The notes beneath the pieces were generated by a model, which worked only from the letters and a program-made list of their open reading frames with translations, made no database searches and was not told where the DNA came from. Positions 38,696 to 47,791 of a stretch of DNA of 64,000 nucleotides are shown here, piece after piece (the first letter of the stretch is position 1; each line of letters starts with the position of its first letter). The translations under genes and the position numbers were made by a program. The stretch spans positions 10,044-74,043 of the forward strand of contig JAHFMV010000004.1 in the NCBI GenBank assembly GCA_023267655.1, given 5' to 3'. This DNA is from Candidatus Kaiserbacteria bacterium (GTDB lineage Bacteria; Patescibacteriota; Minisyncoccia; Phycocordibacterales; UBA2100).

Positions 38696-38752
38696 TCAAG
38701 CAACAGTACCACATGAAATATGAGATCTGCGCAAGGCTTAGCCTTGCGCAAT

Positions 38753-39811
38753 TTACGCCGTAAGTGCGATGATCACGCCAAGAAATGCGAAGACGATCGA
38801 CAAAACCCAATACCGCATGACAACTTTTTCTGGTGGCCAGCCGATAGCTTCGAAATGGTGATGCAAGGGTGCAATACGGAATAACTTGCGTCCAAAAAGA
38901 GATTTCCAAAGCATCTGGAGAATGTTGGATGCGACTGTGACGACGAGGAGCGCGCCGATGATCGGGAGGACGCTGACCCCTACGCCATCGCCGAGGCTAT
39001 CGGTGAGAAATGCGATTACGGGCAGCACGAGTGTGAGCGCCATCGTGCCGGTGTCGCTCATATAAAAGCGCGCGGGCGGGATGTTGAACCAGATAAACGC
39101 AAGGAGACCGCCGACGACTGTCGCACAAAAAGCGGCGAGGTCAATTTGGTTTTGCACGAAAGCGATGATCGCGTACGACGCAAACGCGGATGCGAAGACA
39201 CCGCCGGAGAGGCCGTCGATACCATCAATGACGCCGCTTGCAAAGAGTGCAAGAGAGACTATGATGAAAAACGGGACGATCAGGATTCCCATTTCAATCG
39301 GCGCACCGAATGGATTGTTGATCGCATGCACGTCGAGTTTGTCATAAAACCACCAGCCGATCGCGAGCGAAAGCAGCGCAACGAGGATGAGACGGTAGCG
39401 GAGACGCAGCCCCGAGCCTCCCGGACGGATGATATAGATGTCGTCGATAAAACCAATCGCGGCACCGATGAGAAATGTTGCAAACGGTACCCATGTCTGG
39501 CTACGGCTTAAGAAATCAAGCTGTTCCGAAAACGGCGACGGCGAGAGGGCTGCGATCGATGTAAGGAGTGCGGTCACGATTGCGACCGATCCCCAGACGA
39601 CAACACCACCGAAGCGCGGCGCACGTATTTCGCGGGCTATGTGGAGGCCGTTGAATACTTCGGCGACCGAGCCATCCATCGCGTGTTTGCCACCGTTCTT
39701 TTTCCACGCTTTATATTTGTAGAGATAATGCGTAAGGAGCGGCGTACCGGCGATACCAATAACAAATGAAAGTCCCGCAGGGACAAGTACGCGGACGACG
39801 TCGGAAATCAT
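38753..39811 (-). CDS. mraY: phospho-N-acetylmuramoyl-pentapeptide-transferase
   Basis: MraY family membrane protein, 352 aa, with the conserved cytoplasmic Asp-containing loops. Confidence 0.9.
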   Translation of the reverse strand: MISDVVRVLVPAGLSFVIGIAGTPLLTHYLYKYKAWKKNGGKHAMDGSVAEVFNGLHIAREIRAPRFGGVVVWGSVAIVTALLTSIAALSPSPFSEQLDFLSRSQTWVPFATFLIGAAIGFIDDIYIIRPGGSGLRLRYRLILVALLSLAIGWWFYDKLDVHAINNPFGAPIEMGILIVPFFIIVSLALFASGVIDGIDGLSGGVFASAFASYAIIAFVQNQIDLAAFCATVVGGLLAFIWFNIPPARFYMSDTGTMALTLVLPVIAFLTDSLGDGVGVSVLPIIGALLVVTVASNILQMLWKSLFGRKLFRIAPLHHHFEAIGWPPEKVVMRYWVLSIVFAFLGVIIALTA

Positions 39812-39817
39812 GGGAAC

Positions 39818-39898
39818 AGTATATAGCCACTAGCCACTAGCCACTAGGGGATTTAATTCGTGATTCGCATTTCCCTATTGGCTAACTACTAGTCGCTA
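39818..39898. repeat. Heptad-repeat element, full copy (locus 5): on the minus strand ..AGCGAC-TAG-TAGTT-AGCCAA-TAGGG-22 nt-CCCCTA-(GTGGCTA)x3-TATACT-GTTCCC-ATG(mraY)
   Basis: Three perfect TAGCCAC heptads at 39824-39844, with the other arm at 39873-39898. The stop codon of the upstream gene lies in the repeat (AGC GAC TAG). Confidence 0.85.
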
Positions 39899-41016
39899 AG
39901 AGCTGATTTTTGCGCCGCTGCGACTAACTTTTTTACATCATTGAATCTTGCCTCTGGCGTGGAACCCAAGACAACGACGATCACTGGGTGATCCGCTGCA
40001 GCATTAAACGCGATCGCGAGATTGCCGCCCGCGAGATCGGTTGTGCCCGTCTTTCCCATGATAAGTCCGGGGATGTCGGCGAGTGCGTTGTTCGTATTGC
40101 GTGCGTAGCGCTCGGGAAAATTGATCGGGCCTAACGGTATATTGGTCTCGGCCGTGCCCGTAAAAAGTTCTTTGTGCGAGCGGAGCGCGTACGCGAACAG
40201 TGTCGCGACATCACGTGCGGAGCTTTGCGCGCCCGCTTGCGTCGCGCTCTCATCGAGCCCCGTCGGATTAATAAAATACGTTTCGTGCATGCCGAGCTCT
40301 TGCGCCAGCGCGTTCATCCGCCAGATCGTCGCGTTGCTACGCGTCGCGTCGGGATATTTTGCGGCGAGGAATGGTTCTGCCGTTTCTGCGAGCGCTTCAG
40401 CGCCGGTGTTTGATGACGTGATAAGTGTGTATTCGATCAAATCGCTGACGCGCCATTCTTCGCCCCAGGTCAGTCCCCCACCGCCGCGCGCAACGGCACC
40501 GCGTGAAATCGTGACGGTGCTCGTGGGCGCTAGCACTTCTGCAACAGCAAGTACCGTCGCAACTTTGGTGATCGACGCGAGCGGCAACTGCATACTGCTG
40601 TTTTTCGCGTACAGCTGTTTGTCATTTTGGGCGTCAAAAACATACACGCCCCGCGCAGCTGTTTGGACGCCGCTGAATACGTCGACGTGCGCCTCTGCCG
40701 CAGCGGCCGTTTGCGCTTTTGGCGCTTCTTTTGCCGGTACCGGAAGCATCGCGAGAATAAGTCCCATTCCCCCGATAATGCTTATTATTAGAAAAATCAG
40801 GCCGAAAAGAGCATGCGTCCGCGGCACACCGCCCGTATTTGGCGTAAAATCGTGCACCAGAGGCGCCGCAGAGTTCGCGACGATCTCTGGCAAAGGCGAG
40901 GGTTGAGAAACGTCAAATGGCGTCTTCGGTGATTGAGGTTGATTCTGCGGCATAGTTGTTCTGACTCGCTTCCTGACTGTTTTTAAAAGCGGTGAGTTCA
41001 GGCGCGATTGTACCAT
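39889..41016 (-). CDS. D-alanyl-D-alanine carboxypeptidase (serine-type, PBP5/6-like) with N-terminal TM anchor
   Basis: SxxK (ASITK), SxN (SSN) and KTG-type (GKTG) motifs. N-terminal Pro-rich region and a TM anchor. The true start may be at 40953 (MPQNQ), which would reduce the overlap with scpB. Confidence 0.8.
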   Translation of the reverse strand: MVQSRLNSPLLKTVRKRVRTTMPQNQPQSPKTPFDVSQPSPLPEIVANSAAPLVHDFTPNTGGVPRTHALFGLIFLIISIIGGMGLILAMLPVPAKEAPKAQTAAAAEAHVDVFSGVQTAARGVYVFDAQNDKQLYAKNSSMQLPLASITKVATVLAVAEVLAPTSTVTISRGAVARGGGGLTWGEEWRVSDLIEYTLITSSNTGAEALAETAEPFLAAKYPDATRSNATIWRMNALAQELGMHETYFINPTGLDESATQAGAQSSARDVATLFAYALRSHKELFTGTAETNIPLGPINFPERYARNTNNALADIPGLIMGKTGTTDLAGGNLAIAFNAAADHPVIVVVLGSTPEARFNDVKKLVAAAQKSALSD

Positions 41017-41500
41017 ATTCGGGCATCTTTTCCCGCTCAGTCACCCCCAGATGTGCCAGAAGATCGGTCGTTGCGCGGTAGATGAATTCGCGACCATCGA
41101 GTGGATTGCCGCTTCGCTCGACAAGTCCGCGGATGAGAAGCGTGCGAATGGTCGACGACGAATTCACGCCGCGAATATAGTCGATCGTTGCGCGCGTCGA
41201 AGGGCCTTCGTAGAGAAGTACCGCGAGGACTTCGAGTCCCGCGTCGCCGATATCGCGTTCGTATTCTTCAGTCGCTTTTTTGAGGACGGCGTCTTTTGCA
41301 TCAGGCGCGATTGCGAGCACAGCTTCGGTATCGGATACGATGAGGGTGAGGCCGGTGCCCTCGAGGGTGCGCGCGAGCGAAGCGAGCGCGCTTTTCAAAT
41401 CGCCTTCTCTGCAGCCGAGCGATTTCGTGAGCGATTTAAACGTGAGCGCGCCGCCTTCTGCAAAAAGCAACGCCTGTACTTGTATCGCGAGTTTATCCAT
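40913..41500 (-). CDS. scpB: segregation and condensation protein B
   Basis: ~190 aa double winged-helix protein directly downstream of scpA, with ScpB-like conservation. Confidence 0.7.
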   Translation of the reverse strand: MDKLAIQVQALLFAEGGALTFKSLTKSLGCREGDLKSALASLARTLEGTGLTLIVSDTEAVLAIAPDAKDAVLKKATEEYERDIGDAGLEVLAVLLYEGPSTRATIDYIRGVNSSSTIRTLLIRGLVERSGNPLDGREFIYRATTDLLAHLGVTEREKMPEYGTIAPELTAFKNSQEASQNNYAAESTSITEDAI

Positions 41501-42239
41501 ATTTGGGGACGCCTTCGGCAGCGTCAGATTCGAGAATTATATCGCTAAAAAGTTTATCTTGTGTGACGGAGATAGAACCATGCCGAACTAATTCGAGGAT
41601 CGCAAGGAAATGCACGATCGAGTCGTGCCGCGATGCGCCCTTGGTGATGTCGCTCCAGCGTGTCCGCGCAGCACGCGTGAGACGCTCTTTCAAGCTCACA
41701 ATGACGTCCTCTAATTTTAAAATCGGCGCAACGGTCGCTTCCGCAACGCGCTCTGGTTTCGGCAGCGTGTTGACCAACTTTTGAACGGCACGAAGCAGCG
41801 TTTGTAGTGCCGCTTCTCCGGGCGCGAATTTCGGTTTATCGACGCCAAGGATTTTCATAACGTCGGGCGCGCGTCGTGCAAACTGCAATGGCGCTTTCCC
41901 CCACTCCTTTTTGAGCAGCCTTGATGCTTCGCGTATTTTTGCGAGCCGTTTGAGGCGGCGTTCCAATTCGTCGATAGACAACTCTTCCTCTTCGGTGAGC
42001 GGCACCGGGAGAAGCGAACGAGATTTAATGAGAAGGAGTGTCGATGCGACAAGCACGAACTGTGACGTCTCGGAGAGCGGCAGTTCAGGTAACTTTTCAA
42101 CGTACGCCAAATATGCATCGCAGACTTCTGAAAGCGACACGAGTGAGACGGCGAGCTTGCGCGATTCAATAAGATCGAGCAGTGTCTCAAGCGGTCCCTC
42201 GTAATGTTCGGACTCTATTTTAAACTTCTCCATCGTCAT
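41493..42239 (-). CDS. scpA: segregation and condensation protein A
   Basis: ScpA/kleisin family pattern (LETLLDLIESRKL...LL.IKS..L). 248 aa. Confidence 0.8.
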   Translation of the reverse strand: MTMEKFKIESEHYEGPLETLLDLIESRKLAVSLVSLSEVCDAYLAYVEKLPELPLSETSQFVLVASTLLLIKSRSLLPVPLTEEEELSIDELERRLKRLAKIREASRLLKKEWGKAPLQFARRAPDVMKILGVDKPKFAPGEAALQTLLRAVQKLVNTLPKPERVAEATVAPILKLEDVIVSLKERLTRAARTRWSDITKGASRHDSIVHFLAILELVRHGSISVTQDKLFSDIILESDAAEGVPKYG

Positions 42240-43560
42240 TTAGTCTACCATCGATGCGGTTCATATCGCGTGGGAACATCGTCGCTTCACGAATATTTTT
42301 GAGGCCGAGGATTTGCATCGTCATGCGTTCGGCGCCGAGAGCAAAGCCACCTTCCGGCGGGACGCCGTAGCGAAATGCCTCGAGGAACATTTCGATCTTT
42401 GCGGGGTCCATCCCCCATTTTTCGACATGCTCCATGAGTTGGTTGTACTCATTGATTCGGCGTCCGCCCGAGAGCCATTCGACACCGCGGCAGAGGAGAT
42501 CCATACCTTCGTTGAACTCGGGGTTTTCCGCGTTTGGATAGACATAAAACGGTTTGGCTCGCGTTGGGTATCCATAGACGTAGACGAAATCCGATCCAGT
42601 TTCTTCTTTAATAATTTCGCAAATTCTTCGCTCGTGTTCTGGGTTCAGATCTTTATCCGCAGGAACACCTAATTTTTCAAACACCTCTGTTAGCGAGAGC
42701 GTCGGCGTTTCGTCGATCATCGATGGTAGCGTCGCGCCAAGGAGCGTTAATTCGTCTGCGCATTTTTCTTGGACCTGCGCGAGGATATATTTTACGGTTT
42801 TCTCCGACATATCGCGCACGTCTTTCCACGAATCAATAAACGCCATTTCAGCGTCGAGAGAGACGATTTCGGTGAGATGCCGCGTGGTCGCGGATGGTTC
42901 AGCGCGGAAGACTTTGTTGACAGAAAAAACGCGCTCAAACGCGGTCATGACGATTTGCTTGTATAACTGCGGTGACTGGGTGAGGTATGCTTTTGAATCA
43001 AAATATTTTATTTCAAAGACTTCCGATCCGCCTTCGGCCGTTGCGGGCACCATTGCGGGCGCTTGGAACTCGAAAAAATCCTGTTGCTTCATAAACTCGC
43101 GGAACGAATCAATGATGACCGCTTGGACTTTGAAAATCGCCTGGAGACGCGGATGACGAAGCGTGAGCGCGCGGTGATCGAGTTCGGTCGTAAGATCGAG
43201 ATTAAATCCATCGAGCGACATATCAAATGGCAACACCTCGGCCTGTGAAAGTGTCGTCAGCTGTAGCACTTCAAGTTCGATATCGCCGTTCTGCACCTTT
43301 GGATTGCGATTCTTTTCGGGTCGCTCATTTACTTTTCCTTCGACGGATACGACAGATTCGAGGCGTGTTTCTTTTGCGAGCTCGATCGCTTCGCTTTTCG
43401 GTAAGACAACTGCCTGCACCGTTCCAGACCGATCGCGAATATCAAAAAACACCATCTTGCCTTGATCGCGACGCACCGAAATCCAGCCTTTGACGACGAC
43501 TGTATTGCCGACTTCAGTCCGCAGGTCACGTACGAGAGTTCTTTGTGCTTTTGGTGACAT
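42220..43560 (-). CDS. aspS: aspartate--tRNA ligase, archaeal/eukaryal type 2 (AsnRS not excluded)
   Basis: 446 aa class IIb synthetase with an N-terminal OB anticodon-binding fold and the FRAEPSATTRHLTEIVSLDAEMAF motif 2 region. Shorter than bacterial-type AspRS because it lacks the GAD insertion. Confidence 0.75.
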   Translation of the reverse strand: MSPKAQRTLVRDLRTEVGNTVVVKGWISVRRDQGKMVFFDIRDRSGTVQAVVLPKSEAIELAKETRLESVVSVEGKVNERPEKNRNPKVQNGDIELEVLQLTTLSQAEVLPFDMSLDGFNLDLTTELDHRALTLRHPRLQAIFKVQAVIIDSFREFMKQQDFFEFQAPAMVPATAEGGSEVFEIKYFDSKAYLTQSPQLYKQIVMTAFERVFSVNKVFRAEPSATTRHLTEIVSLDAEMAFIDSWKDVRDMSEKTVKYILAQVQEKCADELTLLGATLPSMIDETPTLSLTEVFEKLGVPADKDLNPEHERRICEIIKEETGSDFVYVYGYPTRAKPFYVYPNAENPEFNEGMDLLCRGVEWLSGGRRINEYNQLMEHVEKWGMDPAKIEMFLEAFRYGVPPEGGFALGAERMTMQILGLKNIREATMFPRDMNRIDGRLNDDGEV

Positions 43561-43594
43561 ATTTGTGTAAATTCTAAATTTGAAATTTAAAATT

Positions 43595-44533
43595 TTAAAT
43601 TAAACTTACGCCTACTTTCTGTCGCACGTCCGTCATTTTCTTCGCGGCATATTCGCGTGCTTTATCACTTCCCTCTTTCAAGACACGTCGCACTTCGTCA
43701 TCAGTAATTGAATTGCGCTTCTCGCGCATCGGCGCAACGAGGTTCTCTATATCAGCGATCAGCGCTTCTTTCAACGCTTTGTAGCTGCCTTTATTTGCTT
43801 CGTAGATAGTAGCGAGCTCGGATTCGCTTCTGAAATTCTTGTGGATTTGATAGACGTTTTCCGGTCGCTGGCCCGACGAATCCGTCACGATCGACATCAC
43901 GGCTTTTGCAATCTCATCTTTCGAGCCGAACAGTGGGATGGTGTTGCCATAACTCTTTGACATTTTCTTGCCATCGGTTCCCGGGATGATCGCGATTTGT
44001 TTGTTGATCAATTCTTTTGGTTCTTTAAACGTCTCGCCATACGCGTTGTTGAATTTTGCAGCCGCTTCGCGCGCGTATTCCAGATGCTGCCGCTGATCCT
44101 CGCCAACAGGCACAACATCGGTGTCATAGAGCAAAATATCCGCGGCCATGAGCATCGGGTAATTGAAAAGTCCCGCGTTTGCCTCTAATCCTTTTGCGAC
44201 TTTGTCTTTATAGGCGTGTGAGAGTTCCAAAAAAGGCACGGTCACCAGACACTCAAAAATCCACGCCATTTCGGTGTGCTCGTGCACTTGTGATTGCTGG
44301 AAAATGATGCATTTCGACGGCTCAACACCGACCGCCATGTAGTCTTTCACGACGTTGAAAATATTTTGCCGGAGTGCTGCCGGGTCACGCAGCGACGTGA
44401 CGGCGTGATAGTCAGCAACCATCAGGTAGCTTTCGTAGGTATCGTACATTTCGGCAAATGGCTTCAGAACACCAAAATAGTTGCCGATGTGGAGCGCGCC
44501 TGAAGATTGCAGACCCGTGAGAAGCCGTTGCAT
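43595..44533 (-). CDS. trpS: tryptophan--tRNA ligase
   Basis: HIGH as ALHIGNYFG and KMSKS exact. 312 aa. Confidence 0.9.
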   Translation of the reverse strand: MQRLLTGLQSSGALHIGNYFGVLKPFAEMYDTYESYLMVADYHAVTSLRDPAALRQNIFNVVKDYMAVGVEPSKCIIFQQSQVHEHTEMAWIFECLVTVPFLELSHAYKDKVAKGLEANAGLFNYPMLMAADILLYDTDVVPVGEDQRQHLEYAREAAAKFNNAYGETFKEPKELINKQIAIIPGTDGKKMSKSYGNTIPLFGSKDEIAKAVMSIVTDSSGQRPENVYQIHKNFRSESELATIYEANKGSYKALKEALIADIENLVAPMREKRNSITDDEVRRVLKEGSDKAREYAAKKMTDVRQKVGVSLI

Positions 44534-44559
44534 AGCGGCATAATAGCAGAAAAGAGACT

Positions 44560-44880
44560 CTATGCTACGCTGACAATCTTTACTTTTGTGTACGGCTGGC
44601 GATGGCCCTTTTTCTTGTAGTAACGGGACTTCTGGCGGTAACGGATGACGGTGACTTTGTCGTCGCGGCCTTCTTCGAGGATTTCGCCCGAGACCTTTGC
44701 GCCGGAAACACCGGGCATGCCGACTTTCACATCAGCGCCATCGGCGGTAAGGAGGACATTTTCAAAGGCAACCTTCGAGCCGACGCCTTTATGACCCTTC
44801 AAAGTTTCCACAAAAATGACGTCCCCGTCTTTGACGAGGTACTGTTTCGAGCCGGTCTCGATAATCGCGAATTTGGACAT
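44560..44880 (-). CDS. rplU: 50S ribosomal protein L21
   Basis: MSKFAIIETGSKQYLVKDGDVIFVE...KVTVIRYRQKSRYYKKKGHRQPYTKVKI is the L21 signature. Start at MSKFAII. Confidence 0.85.
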   Translation of the reverse strand: MSKFAIIETGSKQYLVKDGDVIFVETLKGHKGVGSKVAFENVLLTADGADVKVGMPGVSGAKVSGEILEEGRDDKVTVIRYRQKSRYYKKKGHRQPYTKVKIVSVA

Positions 44881-44961
44881 GGCGAGAAATATACCGTATT
44901 TGCTCTGAAAAGCAAGAAATGCTACTTTCAAGTCAGAACCAATTACACGAGGATTCAGTCG

Positions 44962-45327
44962 ATGCAACTTCAACCACCTTTACGCCACAGAAAGCGCGCC
45001 GACAAGCCGATGGGCCCAATGCAGTATTTAGTGATTAAGACAGTTGCTAAACTTATGCCAAATGCATATGGTATGGAAGTGATCGAACAAGTTGACAATC
45101 AATTGGAATCGGTTACGGATTCTGGGCAAATTTATGTCACTCTAGATCGGCTCGTTGGCAAAGGTTACTTGAAAAGTTACGAGATGCCTTCTCCGCGCAA
45201 AACTGGACACACGGTATCCGGTTATATCATTACGCCAAATGGCGGTGTAGCGATGGCGATTGCGGACAAGTTCTATGGATTGCTCGGCAGACTTGCGTCG
45301 GAAACAAATGTCGCTGTCACCGACTAA
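44962..45327 (+). CDS. PadR-like winged-helix transcriptional regulator (tentative)
   Basis: YLVIKTV...GMEVIEQV...SGQIYVTLDRLVGKGYLKS....PRKTGHTVSGYIITPNG fits the PadR pattern (Y..L.RL...G.L.....G..R.Y.lT..G). The start may be at 45011. Confidence 0.5.
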   Translation: MQLQPPLRHRKRADKPMGPMQYLVIKTVAKLMPNAYGMEVIEQVDNQLESVTDSGQIYVTLDRLVGKGYLKSYEMPSPRKTGHTVSGYIITPNGGVAMAIADKFYGLLGRLASETNVAVTD

Positions 45328-45331
45328 ACAA

Positions 45332-45366
45332 CCCCGCCTTAAATACGTTTGAGGCGGGGTTTTTAT
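45332..45366. terminator. Intrinsic terminator CCCCGCCT-N12-AGGCGGGG-TTTTTAT between the convergent PadR-like and rmuC genes
   Basis: 8-bp GC stem followed by a T5 run on the plus strand. Overlaps the rmuC stop on the minus strand. Confidence 0.75.
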
Positions 45367-46424
45367 ACTTCGCTCTGAGGTCTCTCCAAAAGTCCGACCT
45401 CAATCCCCGCGGATTCTCCAGTAATACGCAAGACGTCTTTATCAATCTTCCCCAATTCTTTCGAGCCCGCGTTAAAATGATTTACCGTCGTCGAGAGTGA
45501 CGTGCCTAATTTTTTGTAGTAATCCTCGTATGCCTTCAGATGCCGTGAGAGATTTTCGACATTTTTGGCGATGTCTTTTGCCGTTTCTTCGATTTTAAAT
45601 GCTTTGAAGCCGTAGAGGACTGATTGGAGGTAGGCGGCGAAGGTCGTCGGCGAGACGATGATGACTTTCTTTTCGTTGTAGGCGTAATCGATAAGGTTGC
45701 GCGTGTTTACTTTCACCGACCCGACTTCGTTGATGAGAAGGTCGTAATAAATCGCTTCGGCTGGGATGTACATAAAGGCAAACGGGAGCGTACCGTCTTT
45801 GGGACGCACGTATTTCGCTGTCTCGTCGATGCGCATTTTGAGGTCGTTTTTAAATTGCTTTTCCAGTTCCTCGCGCTGTCGATCATCGATCGCATTCACG
45901 AGCCGCTGATAATTATCGAGCGAGAATTTGGCATCAATCGGGATCATGCCGTCTTTGGTCACGATCACCGCATCAACCGTCTCACCACCCGGAAATTCGT
46001 GCTGCATCTTGTACGAGCCGGGCGGGAGGATATTGCCGAGGATTAATTCTAGAGACGCCTCGCCGAGGTTCCCGCGCTGCTTCTGGTGCTTCAAGACCTT
46101 TTCGAGATTCTGCAGTTGTTCGGCAAGTGTAAAAACCTGTTTCGTCGATTCTTTTGTCTCCGTCACGCCCTTGATGACTTCGAGAAGATCGCGTGAGACT
46201 TTTTCGGTGACATCGCTCATCATGCGTTGGATGTGTTCAGTCTGCGAGCGTGAGGTGTCGTTCAAGCGATTTGTTCCCTCGCCCATCATGCGCGCCATGT
46301 CTTGCAGCTGGTTCTGGAGGAGCATCAGACCCTTCCCGTCATCCTGCGGGGCGCGGCGTTGCAGTACAAAGTACGCCACAAGCGCAAGATTGGCGATAAG
46401 GAGACCGATAATGAGCCATTCCAT
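45363..46424 (-). CDS. rmuC: DNA recombination protein RmuC
   Basis: N-terminal TM helix, coiled-coil, and the RmuC C-terminal nuclease-like domain with conserved residues. 353 aa. Confidence 0.85.
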   Translation of the reverse strand: MEWLIIGLLIANLALVAYFVLQRRAPQDDGKGLMLLQNQLQDMARMMGEGTNRLNDTSRSQTEHIQRMMSDVTEKVSRDLLEVIKGVTETKESTKQVFTLAEQLQNLEKVLKHQKQRGNLGEASLELILGNILPPGSYKMQHEFPGGETVDAVIVTKDGMIPIDAKFSLDNYQRLVNAIDDRQREELEKQFKNDLKMRIDETAKYVRPKDGTLPFAFMYIPAEAIYYDLLINEVGSVKVNTRNLIDYAYNEKKVIIVSPTTFAAYLQSVLYGFKAFKIEETAKDIAKNVENLSRHLKAYEDYYKKLGTSLSTTVNHFNAGSKELGKIDKDVLRITGESAGIEVGLLERPQSEV

Positions 46425-46465
46425 CCGACCATACTATCATGTGGACGATTTTGCTTTGAAGCGGT

Positions 46466-47098
46466 ATGCTCGTTAAAGAGAATACACATCAACCAGTGGA
46501 GACCGACGTGCACAATCTTGACCAGTATCGCGCAGCCGCGCTTGAAAACGTGCGGATTAGCGGCTATGAACCTCGCTTCGTCATCCCAAGAAAACACGAT
46601 GATGGAGAGACTCGCGAAGACCAGTCTTTTGAGAGGCACGTAGTCATAATGGAAGCGGTCTTAAATCCGCACAATCGGCGACTCGTACACCCTGTCATTC
46701 TTAATACGAATCTGTGTGATGACCGAGAAATTCTATGGCGAACCGGAATTCCCGGTGCGATGTATGGAGAACTGCCGAGCGGAAAATTCACCAAATGGTT
46801 GCTCGCGTACTGGTGGGCGAAAATACGGCAACGAGTCACCGAATTTGACACGGCATCAACGGAGGAGAAAGAAGTGTTTGTCTGGCAGATGCATGATTTT
46901 TTTCTGTGTTTGCAGCCGTTCATCCGCGGCAATGGCAGAACAGCGCGTCTTGTGCAACATAATTTACGACAAGTACTTGGCATGCCGCGGCATATCATCC
47001 AATATGGGAAGGCTAAAGAGTATTATGGCCACGTCAACGAATATCGCGTGGAAACATTCGTTCCGATGATGCGATGTCATGGATACATTCCGTCGTAG
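46466..47098 (+). CDS. Fic/DOC-family protein with degenerate active-site motif (QPFIRGNGRTAR instead of HPFx[DE]GNGRxxR)
   Basis: The core Fic motif is recognisable, but the catalytic His is replaced by Gln and the acidic residue by Arg. 210 aa. Confidence 0.6.
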   Translation: MLVKENTHQPVETDVHNLDQYRAAALENVRISGYEPRFVIPRKHDDGETREDQSFERHVVIMEAVLNPHNRRLVHPVILNTNLCDDREILWRTGIPGAMYGELPSGKFTKWLLAYWWAKIRQRVTEFDTASTEEKEVFVWQMHDFFLCLQPFIRGNGRTARLVQHNLRQVLGMPRHIIQYGKAKEYYGHVNEYRVETFVPMMRCHGYIPS

Positions 47099-47107
47099 GG
47101 TCTTTTG

Positions 47108-47136
47108 GCGGGTGGCTGCGCAGCAGCCACCCGCCT
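47108..47136 (+). terminator. Hairpin GGCGGGTGGCTGC-gca-GCAGCCACCCGCC after the Fic-like gene
   Basis: 13-bp perfect stem 10 nt after the stop, followed by TTCTTCATT. Confidence 0.6.
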
Positions 47137-47143
47137 TCTTCAT

Positions 47144-47172
47144 TGACAGTACAGCTGTGGTCTTTTATTCTT
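47144..47172 (+). promoter_or_regulatory. Sigma70-like promoter TTGACA-N17-TATTCT upstream of a structured leader
   Basis: Consensus -35, 17-nt spacer and near-consensus -10. Predicted start ~47180. Confidence 0.55.
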
Positions 47173-47179
47173 CATGATA

Positions 47180-47300
47180 GGTTCGTGACACTCGCGCAAC
47201 ATATGCCGGTCTCCCCGTCCGGTAGCGCGAGAGCCTATGGTTACCCTCCCATAGGCGACAGCGGCGCGTCGAGTCCTTCGACGCGCCGCCAACTTTTTCA
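47180..47300 (+). ncRNA. Candidate ~120-nt structured leader/attenuator or small RNA ending in an intrinsic terminator, ~45 nt upstream of the gatB/yqeY-domain gene
   Basis: Nested stem CGCGC..CCGG-tctccccgt-CCGG..GCGCG and hairpin GCCTATGG-N8-CCATAGGC. Then a 12-bp GC stem GCGGCGCGTCGA-gtcct-TCGACGCGCCGC followed by CAACTTTTT (terminator at ~47262-47300). Confidence 0.4.
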
Positions 47301-47343
47301 GCTTGTTCGCAGCGTTTTCATATCTTATACTTCAAGTCATTGT

Positions 47344-47790
47344 ATGCTCGCACAAAAAATTAAGGAGGACATGAAAGAGGCCATGAAGGCCAAAGACGAT
47401 CTGCGTGTTCAGACGCTCCGCGGCGCGATGGCCGCGTTTACGAACGAGCTCGTTGCGAAAGGTAAAAAACCGACGGACGAAGTGGATGACGCTATGGCGA
47501 TGGCGGTTTTAAAACGCCTCGGCAAACAGCGCAAAGACTCCGCCGAACAATTCACCAAAGGCAATCGACCGGAACTCGCTGCAAAAGAAATGAGCGAACT
47601 GAAAATCATCGAAAGCTACTTGCCGCAGCAAGCGAGCCGCGAGGATGTTGAGAAAGTCGCCCGTGCTAAAAAAGAAGAGCTCGGTATCGATGCCGCTGGC
47701 AAGGGCAAACTGATGGGCATCGTTATGAAAGAATTGGGCGGAAATGCCGACGGAGGCGTTGTTAAAGAGGTTGTTGATTCCCTCTTCTAA
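47344..47790 (+). CDS. GatB/YqeY domain-containing protein
   Basis: 148 aa; KIKEDMKEAMKAKD...LRGAMAAF...GKGKLMGIVMKELGGNADGGVVKEVV matches the YqeY/GatB C-terminal domain family. Confidence 0.8.
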   Translation: MLAQKIKEDMKEAMKAKDDLRVQTLRGAMAAFTNELVAKGKKPTDEVDDAMAMAVLKRLGKQRKDSAEQFTKGNRPELAAKEMSELKIIESYLPQQASREDVEKVARAKKEELGIDAAGKGKLMGIVMKELGGNADGGVVKEVVDSLF

Positions 47791-47791
47791 T

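Noticed and set aside
47074-47343. In-frame N-terminal extension of the GatB/YqeY ORF (track start 47074)
   Set aside because: The extension has low complexity (Ser/Pro-rich) and spans a promoter, hairpins and a strong terminator. The conserved YqeY domain begins at MLAQKIKE (47344).
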